DNA of 64,000 nt from an uncultured Actinomycetota bacterium (lineage in GTDB: Bacteria > Actinomycetota > Geothermincolia > Geothermincolales > RBG-13-55-18). Position numbers and translations under genes: made by a program. Where the stretch lies: assembly GCA_964529285.1 (NCBI GenBank), contig CAZGWK010000013.1:4468-68467 (forward strand), in the 5' to 3' direction. Shown here in pieces: positions 46,220-55,563 of this stretch; position 1 is the stretch's first letter; each line of letters begins with the position of its first letter. The notes under the pieces were generated by a model. The model was given only the letters and a program-made list of their open reading frames with translations, was not told the origin of the DNA and did not search any database.

Positions 46220-47224
46220 GTGGCTATGCTAAAAGTCGGCATTGTCCAGATGCAGGCCGAGCCGCTCAAGGTGGACGAGAACCTTCTCAAAGCAGAGCGC
46301 TATATCGCGAAGTGCGCCGAAGGCGGCGCGCGGCTGGTAGTGCTTCCCGAGATATTCAATGCCGGCTTCCACCTGGGCGAATCCCTGATGATGGTCGCCG
46401 AACCGCTGGAGGGCAGGACCGTTGCCTGGCTCAAGCAGCAGGCGTCCCGGCACGGCGTTTACATCACGGGAAGTATATATGAGATCTACCGGGAGCATTT
46501 CTACAACACCATGGTCATGGTGGGCGACGACGGCAGCGTGCAGCATTATCGTAAGCGCAATCCGACCTGGTCGGAATCGGCAGTATGGCGCCGCAGCGAT
46601 GAGCCCGGTCCGGGGATATTCGATACCCCCTGCGGACGCATCGGGGGTGCTATCTGCTTCGATTCTTTCGCGCGCGAGACCTACGAGGGTTTCCGGCGCT
46701 CCGGCGTAGAGGCGGTGGTAATAATCGCCCTGTGGGGGGCCCCGCATGCCAGGTCCTTTCACTGGCGCCCCGACCTCTTTCTCTCCAGGGCAAGCCTGAG
46801 GCGCTGGTCGAAGATAGCCTCAGGTGACGTCCCGCGCCAATACGCGAAGGAGCTGGGGGTGCCGGTCGTCTTCGTAAATCAATGCGGAAGGATCCGTATG
46901 AGCAGTCCGGTCCCCTTTCCCGATTGGCCGGTGCAGAACGGGTATTACGATTTCACGGGCAGGTCCCATTTTCTCGACGCTTCGGGCGAGGTCGTCGCCC
47001 GGGCGGTCGACGACGAGAAGGATTCCGTCATCGTCGCCGGGCTGGACGTGAAGACATCGCAGGGCAGGACCGAGGTAAGCCGGGTCGACATCCCGCAGCA
47101 GTACCTGAGCAAGGAATACTATTTCGTCCAGCCGCCGCTCGTATGCAAGCTCTTTCAGGTCTGGTTCTTGAGCGGGCTGGTGGCGACCGAGTACGAGGCC
47201 CGCCGGGTACGTCACGCACCCTGA
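46220..47224 (+). CDS. Carbon-nitrogen hydrolase (nitrilase superfamily) with a C-terminal extension.
   Basis: LKVGIVQMQ...VVLPEIFNAGFH holds the E of the E-K-C triad, and GGAICFDSF holds the catalytic Cys. Confidence 0.8.
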   Translation: MAMLKVGIVQMQAEPLKVDENLLKAERYIAKCAEGGARLVVLPEIFNAGFHLGESLMMVAEPLEGRTVAWLKQQASRHGVYITGSIYEIYREHFYNTMVMVGDDGSVQHYRKRNPTWSESAVWRRSDEPGPGIFDTPCGRIGGAICFDSFARETYEGFRRSGVEAVVIIALWGAPHARSFHWRPDLFLSRASLRRWSKIASGDVPRQYAKELGVPVVFVNQCGRIRMSSPVPFPDWPVQNGYYDFTGRSHFLDASGEVVARAVDDEKDSVIVAGLDVKTSQGRTEVSRVDIPQQYLSKEYYFVQPPLVCKLFQVWFLSGLVATEYEARRVRHAP

Positions 47225-47315
47225 TCGCTGCGGCCGGCGATGCCGGCCCTCGCGTCCTTGATCGCGTGGGACAATGCATGTTGCACGGCGGCACAGACGG
47301 CCGGAAGCATCCCCC

Positions 47316-47425
47316 GAAAAAAGCCTGAAAAAACCCTGTGAAAAACGGGAACCTTTCCCGGAAAACAGCATCGAAAAGGGCTGTAGAACGCGGTCTGAAA
47401 AGCCGATAAAAAAGCAGCAGAAAAG
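47316..47425. other. Helically phased A-tracts (GAAAA(A) every ~11 bp, 8 tracts), a predicted intrinsically curved DNA region upstream of the EamA transporter gene.
   Basis: A5-7 tracts centred near 47320, 47331, 47343, 47364, 47376, 47400, 47411 and 47422, spaced at multiples of ~11 nt, in an otherwise GC-rich intergenic region. Confidence 0.4.
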
Positions 47426-47526
47426 TGCTTGCATGTGTCTTGCGGGGGGCGTAAACTCCCTCCTGGCAAGATTGATAACCCACCATAGAGATTTCCTTAA
47501 AATCCCAGGAAGAAAGGTATGCCCTG

Positions 47527-48390
47527 ATGCCTGGTACCGTTCTTGCGCTGCTGGTCGCCTTTTTCGTGGCCGGCAGGGACGCATTGAGCAAAATAACATT
47601 GCAGGAGACCGACGAGTACGTGGTTTGCTGGGCCACGGCTCTCTTCAGCTTTCTCTTTCTTCTGCCCACCCTCTTTTTTGTGCCCATGCCCTACATCAGA
47701 GAGGGGTTCCTGCTGTCACTTTTTATCGGGGCGGTGTTGAACCTGCTGGCGAGGCTGGTCTTCCTCAAGGCCATAAAAGGGGCGGACCTCTCCCTGGTGG
47801 CTCCCCTGCTCAGCTTCTCTCCGGCCTTTCTCATGCTCACATCGCCCTTGCTCTCTCATGAGACCCCCACGCTTTACGGGATGGTTGGGCTGGCGCTCAT
47901 GCTCACCGGCTCCTGCGTTCTGGCCATCAGGAAGGGCGAGGCGGGGTACAGGGCATCCATCAGGACCTTACTCATGCAGAGATGGGTCAGGATGGGCCTT
48001 ATGGTTGCGGTTATCTGGGGGATGGCGGGCCTGGTGGACAAGGCCGGCATCCACGATTCCTCGCCCCTTTTCTGGGCGGTGTGCATGCAGGGCTTCATGG
48101 CCGTACTCGCCATGCCCTTTGTCGTGCGCAGGACCTGGGCCAGAGGGAAAAGGATCCGCCCCGTGATCAGACCCATGGTCCCCATCGGATTCAGCAACGC
48201 CATAGTCATCGGTTGTTACGTGCTGGCCTTGAGCATCTCCCAGGTCTCCGTGGTCTTCACCCTCTATCAGACTAATATAATCATCAGCGTCCTGCTGGGA
48301 TGGCTGCTGTTCAGGGAGAAGGACATCAAGGACAGGCTCAAGGGCGCGAGCGTCATGCTGGCCGGGGCCGTCTTTATCAGCGTCCTCTAG
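47527..48390 (+). CDS. EamA/DMT-family transporter (10 TM).
   Basis: Two EamA-like 5-TM halves in 287 aa, hydrophobic throughout. Confidence 0.7.
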   Translation: MPGTVLALLVAFFVAGRDALSKITLQETDEYVVCWATALFSFLFLLPTLFFVPMPYIREGFLLSLFIGAVLNLLARLVFLKAIKGADLSLVAPLLSFSPAFLMLTSPLLSHETPTLYGMVGLALMLTGSCVLAIRKGEAGYRASIRTLLMQRWVRMGLMVAVIWGMAGLVDKAGIHDSSPLFWAVCMQGFMAVLAMPFVVRRTWARGKRIRPVIRPMVPIGFSNAIVIGCYVLALSISQVSVVFTLYQTNIIISVLLGWLLFREKDIKDRLKGASVMLAGAVFISVL

Positions 48391-48708
48391 GGTCGGGGGC
48401 AGGGCTCCGGGTGCTCCTTGGCGGCGGCCACGTCCTCTTCGTCCTTTGCGCGGGGAGCTCTCACCGTAGCGGTTGCTTCGTGCAACAGGCTCCGCATCTA
48501 TGTTTGGCCTCATGTAACCTTTTACGTCTGCGGCGTGTTTCCCCATTCAATACAAACAGTCAACACAACAGCCCGGGCACACGCGGATGCGGGAGAAGGA
48601 GGCTGTCCCGGGGCTGCACGGCAACAACTGGTTAGTCTATCAGGGGGCATCTCTTTGCCTTTTTTCTGAAAGCGTAGGGTAAGGCATAAGTCAAAGGAGG
48701 TAATGTTT

Positions 48709-50394
48709 ATGGTGAGCGTAAGTAACGTATGGCAGGGTATCTGCAAGGGCCTGTCCCGGTCTCAGCGGGGCTTGAATATATTGCTCGAGGAAGGCGAGAA
48801 GGTGTATACGCCTGCGGAGCTCAAGGCCGCCGCCGAAAGGGCTGCGCTCGGGCTGGTAAAAGCGGGCATAGTGCCCGGAGACCGCGTGGGCATCATGGCC
48901 CAGACCACGCCTTCCACGGTCGTTTCTTTCCTTGGTTGCTGGGCGGCGGGAGCGGTGGCCGTACCCCTGCCCCTGCCCATGCGCGCCGTCGAGCCGCACT
49001 CTTTCATAGAACAGAGCCGCAGGCGCCTGGAAAAGGTCGAGGCGAAGCTCCTCACCCTTCCGGGCTCACTCATCCCCATGGTCGGAGAGATGGGAGAAGG
49101 CATGCGCATCGTGGCAAGCGAGGAACTCGACCGCGCCGGGGACCTGCCTCCCGCATTATCCAAGCCGGGAGATACCGCCCTGGTGCAGTTTACCTCCGGC
49201 TCCACCACCGAGCCGCGCGGCGTCATCCTCTCCCATGCCAACGTCATGGCCAACGTAAGGGCCATAACCCGCAAGGTCAAGGTCTCGCGCCGCGACCGGA
49301 TAGTCTCGTGGATGCCGCTCTATCACGACATGGGCCTCATCGGCTTTCTCATCACCGCCCTGTCCGCGGGCGCAAGCCTCATCCTGATGTCGCCGCAGCG
49401 CTTCGTCTCCGACCCGGCATTCTGGATGCGTGCCATGGGCGAACACAAGGCCACCATCACCGGCGGGCCCAACTTCGCCTACGCACTCTCTACGCGCGTG
49501 CTCGCGTCGGGGAGCGCGGGAGACCTGGACCTCTCCTCACTGCGCCTGGCCTTGAACGGGGCAGAAGCGGTGGATCACGAGGTAATGGACGGCTTCGTCA
49601 CGGCAGGGGCGGCATACGGCCTGCGGCCGGAGGTGCCGTACCCCGTTTACGGACTGGCCGAGGCCACGCTCGCGGTGACCTTCCCGCAGCCGGGAAAGAG
49701 GTACGGCCTGGACCACGTATCGCGGGAGGGCATAGAGGAGGACGGTTTCGCCCGCCCGGCGGAACCGGGAGAGGAGGGAACGCGCACCCTGGTCTCCCTG
49801 GGGAGCCCTCTCGATGGGGTAGAGGTGAGCGTGTTCAGGGAGGACGGCAGCGAGGCTGGTGAGAGGGAGATAGGCGAGGTGTGCGTGCGTGGTGATTCCG
49901 TGATGCAGGGATACTGGGCGAATGCGGCCGCCACCGCCGAAGCGCTGCGAGGAGGCCGCCTGCATACCGGAGACCTGGGCTACTTCGCCGGCGGCGAGCT
50001 CTACCTGGTGGGAAGGATCAAGGACATGGTCATCATCGGAGGCCGCAACCTCTTCCCCGAGGACGTGGAGCGGTGCGTGGAACGGATAAGGGGCGTGCGC
50101 AAGGGGAATGCGGTTGCCTTCGGTGTGAGCACGCGCCGCGGCCGCGAGCGCCTGGTGCTCGTCGGTGAGACTCACCTCTCATGCATGCAGGCAGCCGGGG
50201 AGACGGCGCGCGCCATCTCCTCCACAGTGAGGGAGGAGATAGGGGTACCGGTGCGGGAGGTGGTCCTGGTGCCAGCGGGCAGCCTCCCCAAGACGTCGAG
50301 CGGAAAAAAACGCCGCTTCCTCTGCCGCGACCTCTACCTGGGGAACGCCCTGCAGGCGGTGGCCCGCAGCGGTGCGGCGGTCATCGGCATTTGA
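48709..50394 (+). CDS. Fatty acyl-AMP ligase (FAAL)-type adenylating enzyme.
   Basis: LVQFTSGSTTEPRGVILSHANVMANV, a FAAL-like motif I/II with the typical insertion. The start is set at the ATG at 48709, 8 nt after AAAGGAGG. The ATG at 48703 is only 2 nt from the Shine-Dalgarno. Confidence 0.8.
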   Translation: MVSVSNVWQGICKGLSRSQRGLNILLEEGEKVYTPAELKAAAERAALGLVKAGIVPGDRVGIMAQTTPSTVVSFLGCWAAGAVAVPLPLPMRAVEPHSFIEQSRRRLEKVEAKLLTLPGSLIPMVGEMGEGMRIVASEELDRAGDLPPALSKPGDTALVQFTSGSTTEPRGVILSHANVMANVRAITRKVKVSRRDRIVSWMPLYHDMGLIGFLITALSAGASLILMSPQRFVSDPAFWMRAMGEHKATITGGPNFAYALSTRVLASGSAGDLDLSSLRLALNGAEAVDHEVMDGFVTAGAAYGLRPEVPYPVYGLAEATLAVTFPQPGKRYGLDHVSREGIEEDGFARPAEPGEEGTRTLVSLGSPLDGVEVSVFREDGSEAGEREIGEVCVRGDSVMQGYWANAAATAEALRGGRLHTGDLGYFAGGELYLVGRIKDMVIIGGRNLFPEDVERCVERIRGVRKGNAVAFGVSTRRGRERLVLVGETHLSCMQAAGETARAISSTVREEIGVPVREVVLVPAGSLPKTSSGKKRRFLCRDLYLGNALQAVARSGAAVIGI

Positions 50395-50536
50395 ACCCAT
50401 TCCCCTCAAGGGGTGATGTGAGACCGGCAAGAGGGGCGCAGTATGCGCCCCTCGACCATGCTTTGAGGCCGAGGATGAGGGTTACACATGGCTCGGTTCT
50501 GATACGGGACTTCGGTCGTATATCGCCGCGTCGTCT

Positions 50537-51460
50537 CTATAAGGAGCCGAGTATTCTTTCTCCCTCCTCGACCATGCGGCGTATCACCTCTCCCGCGGGC
50601 AATATCTCGTTTATGGCCCCGCAGCATTCCCCGGCTATTACCAGCCCGGATCTGACGTCGCCGTCCTGGAAGGCGGCTGGTGCCCGCATCCAGGCCTCGG
50701 TGGCCTTGGATACTCTCTCCTGCGGCGGCATGTCTCTGATACTGCGCGCGAGTTCGTTTGCCAGTACCCTGACGCTGCCCATGCCCATGGGAAGGACGGT
50801 GGTGTCTCCCGGCTGCGCTTCCAGCAGGGCTTGCTTGATATCGGTATGGATGCGGCATTCCTCGGTAAGCATGAGGCCCGTCCCGATCTGCACGCCCTTT
50901 GCCCCCATGGCGAAGGCAGCCGCGTAACCGCGCCCGTCGTGGATGCCGCCGGCGGCAATAACGGGGACGTCCACCGCCTCGACCACTTGGGGGACAAGGG
51001 TCAGGGTGGAAACGGCCTGGGGAGCCTGTACGCCGCCCGATTCTCCTCCTTCGGCCACGATGCCGTCCACGCCGGCCTGCGCGGCCTTGACCGCCAGGGC
51101 GGGCGAAGGGACGACGTGAAAGACCCTTATGCCGGCCTCGGCGAGCAGGGGGGCCAGGGTGGCGGGCGAACCTGCCGATGTGGTAGCCACCGTTATTCCT
51201 TCATCGGCCATGACCTCCACCATGGCGGGGGAGAGGGGATTGCGGGCCACCAGGTTTACGCCGAAGGGCCTGGAGGTGAGCTCTCGCACCTCGCATATGG
51301 CCTTGCGCAGGCCGTCCGCGTCCATCCCCACCGAGGCGATCAGGCCGAGGGCCCCGGCCTCTGAAACGGCGGCCACCAGTTCCGCGTTGGAAATGGTGCC
51401 CATGGCTCCCATTATCACCGCATGTTCAATGCCGAGAAGCTCCGCTACTGATTTCATCAT
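50537..51460 (-). CDS. Nitronate monooxygenase-family FMN enzyme (NMO / 2-nitropropane dioxygenase / FabK-like).
   Basis: LGIEHAVIMGAMGTISNAELVAAVSEAGALGLI at the N-terminus, the GADGIVAEGGESGG and AGGIHDGRG FMN-binding motifs, and a TIM-barrel of ~300 aa. Confidence 0.8.
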   Translation of the reverse strand: MMKSVAELLGIEHAVIMGAMGTISNAELVAAVSEAGALGLIASVGMDADGLRKAICEVRELTSRPFGVNLVARNPLSPAMVEVMADEGITVATTSAGSPATLAPLLAEAGIRVFHVVPSPALAVKAAQAGVDGIVAEGGESGGVQAPQAVSTLTLVPQVVEAVDVPVIAAGGIHDGRGYAAAFAMGAKGVQIGTGLMLTEECRIHTDIKQALLEAQPGDTTVLPMGMGSVRVLANELARSIRDMPPQERVSKATEAWMRAPAAFQDGDVRSGLVIAGECCGAINEILPAGEVIRRMVEEGERILGSL

Positions 51461-51467
51461 CCCCTCC

Positions 51468-52523
51468 TCAGGCCAGGCCGCGTTCCTGCAGTATCCTCGC
51501 GTTCATCTCCACCATGTTCGCGGGCGGCACCACGGCGTCTACCTTGGGTACCATCTCTATGGCGTCCGCCGGGCAGGTGGGTACGCACAACCCGCACCCG
51601 ATACACCTGGCCGTGTCCACATCCATGTATTCGTCTCCCTCGACGATAGCGTCGATCTGGCAGCGGTCCAGGCAGGTGCCGCATGCGGTACATTCATCCG
51701 CATCTATCACGGCCCTGTAGGTGGACTGCACCTCGTCGGCCGGCCTCTCCATGGTGGAGAGCCCCCGCAGCATGCCGCAGCAGCAGCTGCAGCAGCAGCA
51801 GATGTTCACGAAGTTCTGGGCGTTGCTGGGTGAGAGCACCAGCGCGGCCTCCTCGGCCTCGTCCAGGATCTCCAGGCATTCCTCGAGGCTTATCTTGCGA
51901 CCGATGCCGTTCTCGGCGTAGTAGTCAGCGGCGAAACCGAAGACCAGGCAGGTCTCCAGGGGGCGTTCGCACTCGCGCCCCAGGAGACCGCGCTCCACGC
52001 GGCAGATACAGTCCGCCACGGCAAATTTGTCCTGACCTTTCACCATCTCCCGGACGCGGTCGTAGGTCGCGACCTCCTTGCCTGCCTCCACTGCCGTCTC
52101 CACCGGGACCACCCTAAGCTGTTTTGTCTTTCCGCCGCTCCAGGATTCCGTCAGGTGGGGCAGGTATTCGTCGAGCAGCTCGGCCAGCTCACGGTCCATG
52201 CTCTTGAGGTGAAACTCGTATATGCCGACGAGGAAGGACATGGCCATGTACATGGTTTGCTCGCCCGCCCTGATCCTGAAGATCGACCCCTGACCGGACA
52301 TGGACTCCAGCATCTCTGCCGCCTTGGCCTCGTCCATGCCGGCGCGCTCCGCGATGGCTGCCGCCGTCTCCGGAAAGATATTAAGGTGCATCTGGAGTTC
52401 CGCTTCCTCCGGGGTGAAATACCGCGCGAGCAGCTTCAGTTCCACCCCGCTCTCGGTGGAGGGAAATCCACCCGGCAGACCGTCCATGAACTCCCGCAGC
52501 CTCACATAAACATCCTCCGCCAT
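51468..52523 (-). CDS. Cys-rich iron-sulfur protein, paralog 1 of 3. N-terminal helical domain, a Cx(6-7)C...CCCCxCCC block, and a C-terminal 2x[4Fe-4S] ferredoxin domain.
   Basis: The start is MAEDVYVRLREF (ATG at 52523, with AAGGAG 5 nt upstream), not the longer ORF-track start. Motifs are CICRVERGLLGREC, NICCCCSCCCG, CTACGTCLDRCQ and CIGCGLCVPTCP. Confidence 0.7.
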   Translation of the reverse strand: MAEDVYVRLREFMDGLPGGFPSTESGVELKLLARYFTPEEAELQMHLNIFPETAAAIAERAGMDEAKAAEMLESMSGQGSIFRIRAGEQTMYMAMSFLVGIYEFHLKSMDRELAELLDEYLPHLTESWSGGKTKQLRVVPVETAVEAGKEVATYDRVREMVKGQDKFAVADCICRVERGLLGRECERPLETCLVFGFAADYYAENGIGRKISLEECLEILDEAEEAALVLSPSNAQNFVNICCCCSCCCGMLRGLSTMERPADEVQSTYRAVIDADECTACGTCLDRCQIDAIVEGDEYMDVDTARCIGCGLCVPTCPADAIEMVPKVDAVVPPANMVEMNARILQERGLA

Positions 52524-52540
52524 GCTCGCTCCTTTCACCC

Positions 52541-53626
52541 CTAGGGTTTGATGACCTCCATGAACGCCTCCAGCTTGCCCTTCTCCTGCAGGATCTTCAT
52601 GCCCATCTCGGAGGTGGTCAGCGGGGGTTCCGCGTACTCGTCCGTCTTCACCAGCCGCAGGGCTCCCTCGGGGCAGCCGCTGACGCACAAGCCGCACCCT
52701 ATACAGCGTTCTCGCTTCACTACCGCCGTCCCGTTAGATACCTCTATGGCCTGCACCGGGCACCTCTCGTCGGCGCAGATCCCGCACCCCGTACACAGCT
52801 CCTCATCGACCAGCGGTGTAAAACCTGAGGAGGTGAAGACTGGGGGGTTGCCCCATTGCGTGCTCATGCGCAGCAGGCCGCAGCAGCAGGTGCAGCAGTT
52901 GCACACGAAGGTCAGGTGCTCCTGCACGTTGTTGATCTGGTGCACCAGCCCGGCCTCGTCGAACTCCCTGAGCTTCTCCTTCATCTCCTCCTTGGTTATA
53001 TAGCGGCCGAAGCCCCGCTCCACCAGGTAGGTACAGGTCTCGTCGAAGAGCATGCAGGCTTCAAGCGGGTTGTCGCAGTTCCTCTCCATGTCGCGGCAGG
53101 CGCAGGTGCCGATGCCCACCACCCTGGCCTTGTCGATCATCTCGTAGACCTTCTGGTAGGGGAGCACCCCCGGCTCGCTATCCACTTCCTCCTGTATGGG
53201 GATGATGCGGGAGAACCGGGTGTCGGTGCCGCCGAAACCCCTGCCGAGCTTGGGCAGGTAGCTTTTCCACAGCGGGGTGAGCCTGGCCCTCATCTCGTCT
53301 GACATCCCCTTCATGTAGGGGAACTCGAAGAGGCCCGGCATCACGGGAAGCAGGGCGTAGCTGCGCTTACCTTCCTTTTCGCGCACAAAGACCACGGCCT
53401 TGTCCGCGAGTGACTCGAGGCAGCGTTCCGCCGTCTTCTCGTCCACGCCGGCGCGGCGCGTCACGTCCTCCACGCTGAAGGGCCTGAATCCGAGGCCTAA
53501 AGCCACTTCTGCCTCCTCCTGCGTGAAGAATATCTTGAGGATCTTTATGATCTCGGGCGCGGGCTGGCAGCCGGTGGGGTGGCGGTCCAGCAGTTCCCGC
53601 AGCTGCTCGTATACATCTTCCGGCAT
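52541..53626 (-). CDS. Cys-rich iron-sulfur protein, paralog 2 of 3.
   Basis: The start is MPEDVYEQLREL (ATG at 53626, with GAGGAG 6 nt upstream). Motifs are CACRDMERNC, FVCNCCTCCCG, CTGCGICADERCP and CIGCGLCVSGCP. Confidence 0.7.
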   Translation of the reverse strand: MPEDVYEQLRELLDRHPTGCQPAPEIIKILKIFFTQEEAEVALGLGFRPFSVEDVTRRAGVDEKTAERCLESLADKAVVFVREKEGKRSYALLPVMPGLFEFPYMKGMSDEMRARLTPLWKSYLPKLGRGFGGTDTRFSRIIPIQEEVDSEPGVLPYQKVYEMIDKARVVGIGTCACRDMERNCDNPLEACMLFDETCTYLVERGFGRYITKEEMKEKLREFDEAGLVHQINNVQEHLTFVCNCCTCCCGLLRMSTQWGNPPVFTSSGFTPLVDEELCTGCGICADERCPVQAIEVSNGTAVVKRERCIGCGLCVSGCPEGALRLVKTDEYAEPPLTTSEMGMKILQEKGKLEAFMEVIKP

Positions 53627-53696
53627 ATGCATCTCCTCTTCCATGCACTCGTTGTTTTCAGGAATGCAATATTTAAATTAAATGTGTTGTTGGATG

Positions 53697-54752
53697 CTAC
53701 TGCGTCTGGCCGACTATGAACTCCTCCAGGGTGGGGACTCCCTTGGGCGCCTCACGGCGCTCCAGGGTCAAAGCCTCTCCGGAGCAGGTGGGGATGCACA
53801 CCCCGCACCCAAGGCACAGGTCCTCGTCTACCTGGGCGATCTCCTCGTCGTCAAGCTTAATGGCCTCCACCGGGCAGCGTTCCTCGCAGGTGCCGCACCC
53901 GATACATAATTCCTCATCCACCCGTGGTACGTAGCTGGAAGGGGCCATGGCATTCGCATAACCCAACTGCTTCCTGGTCTGGATGAAAGCGCAGCAGCAG
54001 CCGCAGCAGCAGCAGATGGTGGAGACCTTGCCCTGGTAGTTGTCGGTGGAGAACACCAGCCCCTCCTCGTGGGCATCCTCCAGCTTCTCGAGGGTCTCCT
54101 CCAGGGTCAATTCCCTGCCCATGCCCTGCTCCACGATATAACGTCCCATGGAGCCGAAGTGGAAGCAGTTCTCCCGCTCGTGCTCGCATCCCTCACCCGC
54201 ATAGGCCCTTATCTGTCGGCAGGGGCAGTAGGCCACCGCCCGGTAGTCGACCTCCTCCACCAGGTTTCGAACCGTCTCATAGGGGAGCACCTGCGATTCG
54301 GAGGCGATCTCCTCCTGCACGGGCACAGCTCTCAACAAGGGGACCTTTCTGCCGCCGACCTCTTCAGCGAAAGCGGATCTGAAGTACTTGTTCCAGAGCG
54401 GGGCAAGTCTGCGCACTATCTCGTTGTCCTTGCCCGGCCAGAAGGGCGTCTCGGAGAAGCCCACTACGGTGGGGAGCAGGCGGTATTTCGACTCCGCTCC
54501 CTTCACTCTTTTGAATACGGTGCCCTTGGAGGCCATGGTGTCCAGCATTCCCTCCAGTTCCTCGGCGGGCATGCCAACCGTCCCGGAGAGCTCCTCCAGG
54601 GCCGTGTTCATGAAGGGAAGCTTGACTGCCAGTTCCGCCTCCTCGGGAGTGAACAAGATGCGCAGTATGTCCATCAACTCGTCGCTCATGGGAGCCCCGA
54701 TGGGCATCTCGTCCAGGTGCTGGGCCAGCGCTTCGTACACATCGTCCGACAT
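53697..54752 (-). CDS. Cys-rich iron-sulfur protein, paralog 3 of 3.
   Basis: The start is MSDDVYEALAQHL. Motifs are CPCRQIRAYAGEGC, ICCCCGCCCA, CIGCGTCEERCP and CLGCGVCIPTCS. Confidence 0.7.
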   Translation of the reverse strand: MSDDVYEALAQHLDEMPIGAPMSDELMDILRILFTPEEAELAVKLPFMNTALEELSGTVGMPAEELEGMLDTMASKGTVFKRVKGAESKYRLLPTVVGFSETPFWPGKDNEIVRRLAPLWNKYFRSAFAEEVGGRKVPLLRAVPVQEEIASESQVLPYETVRNLVEEVDYRAVAYCPCRQIRAYAGEGCEHERENCFHFGSMGRYIVEQGMGRELTLEETLEKLEDAHEEGLVFSTDNYQGKVSTICCCCGCCCAFIQTRKQLGYANAMAPSSYVPRVDEELCIGCGTCEERCPVEAIKLDDEEIAQVDEDLCLGCGVCIPTCSGEALTLERREAPKGVPTLEEFIVGQTQ

Positions 54753-54779
54753 GTGATTCTCCTCCCTGTCTAAAAGTAT

Positions 54780-55412
54780 CTATGACCGTTCCTTAGTCTC
54801 CGCGAACTGCTTGAGGATGAGCGTGATGCTGTTGCGCATGGGTGCGGGGTCGTGGGTGACCTTGCTGATCATGATCCCGCCCTCCAGGGCGCTGATGGCG
54901 AAATCAGCGTACCTTGCGCAGTCGAAGTCGGGCGGCAGCTCTCCCGCTGCTTTCATCTCCTCCAATCCGGAAGCGATGATTCCCGACCAGTCGCGGAAGG
55001 CCCTGGCGAGTCGCTCGCGGAAGCCCTCGCTCAGGTTGCTGGTCTCCAGCGCCAGGTTGCCCAGGATGCATCCGCGGGTGCATTCGGCCTCCTCGACGAT
55101 GCCCTGTATGCCCTTGAGCATGGCCTCGATGCGCTGGTAGGGGGACAGTTCCGGAAGGTCGAGGACCTTTTTCAGGCTGTCCATGATATGAGCGGAGGCA
55201 TTCTCGATCACCGCGTATCCCAACTCCTCCTTGGACGAGAAATGAAAGTAGAAGCTTCCCTTGGTGACCCCGGCTGCCTCTATGACGTTGTCGATGGTCG
55301 TCTTGGCATAGCCCTTCTCGTACATGAGGAGAGTGGCGTAGCCTACGATGCGCCGTCGCGTCTTCTCTCCCTTGGATACTGTCGTCTTTGTACTGGACAA
55401 ATCAATCTCCAT
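54780..55412 (-). CDS. TetR-family transcriptional regulator, first gene of the Fe-S protein operon.
   Basis: The HTH YAKTTIDNVIEAAGVTKGSFYFHF. The candidate operator overlaps its own promoter. Confidence 0.8.
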   Translation of the reverse strand: MEIDLSSTKTTVSKGEKTRRRIVGYATLLMYEKGYAKTTIDNVIEAAGVTKGSFYFHFSSKEELGYAVIENASAHIMDSLKKVLDLPELSPYQRIEAMLKGIQGIVEEAECTRGCILGNLALETSNLSEGFRERLARAFRDWSGIIASGLEEMKAAGELPPDFDCARYADFAISALEGGIMISKVTHDPAPMRNSITLILKQFAETKERS

Positions 55413-55418
55413 AAATAG

Positions 55419-55432
55419 ACCAACTAGTCGGT
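55419..55432. promoter_or_regulatory. Imperfect 14-bp palindrome ACCAACTAGTCGGT, 7-20 nt upstream of the TetR start codon and overlapping a TATAAT-like box. Candidate autoregulatory operator with a leaderless or short-leader promoter.
   Basis: 12 of 14 positions are self-complementary. On the minus strand the context is AATTATACCGACTAGTTGGTCTATTTATG. Confidence 0.4.
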
Positions 55433-55563
55433 ATAATTATTTTAGCAGCCGCTTTCTTCCTGTCAAGCAAGATTGAGAGGCTTGATCGGGAGGGCGGTGT
55501 CCGCTCGGCCTTTGCAGGCAAGGCAAAAGCTATTTCGAGAAGTGCGGGAAACGAATGGATCGC

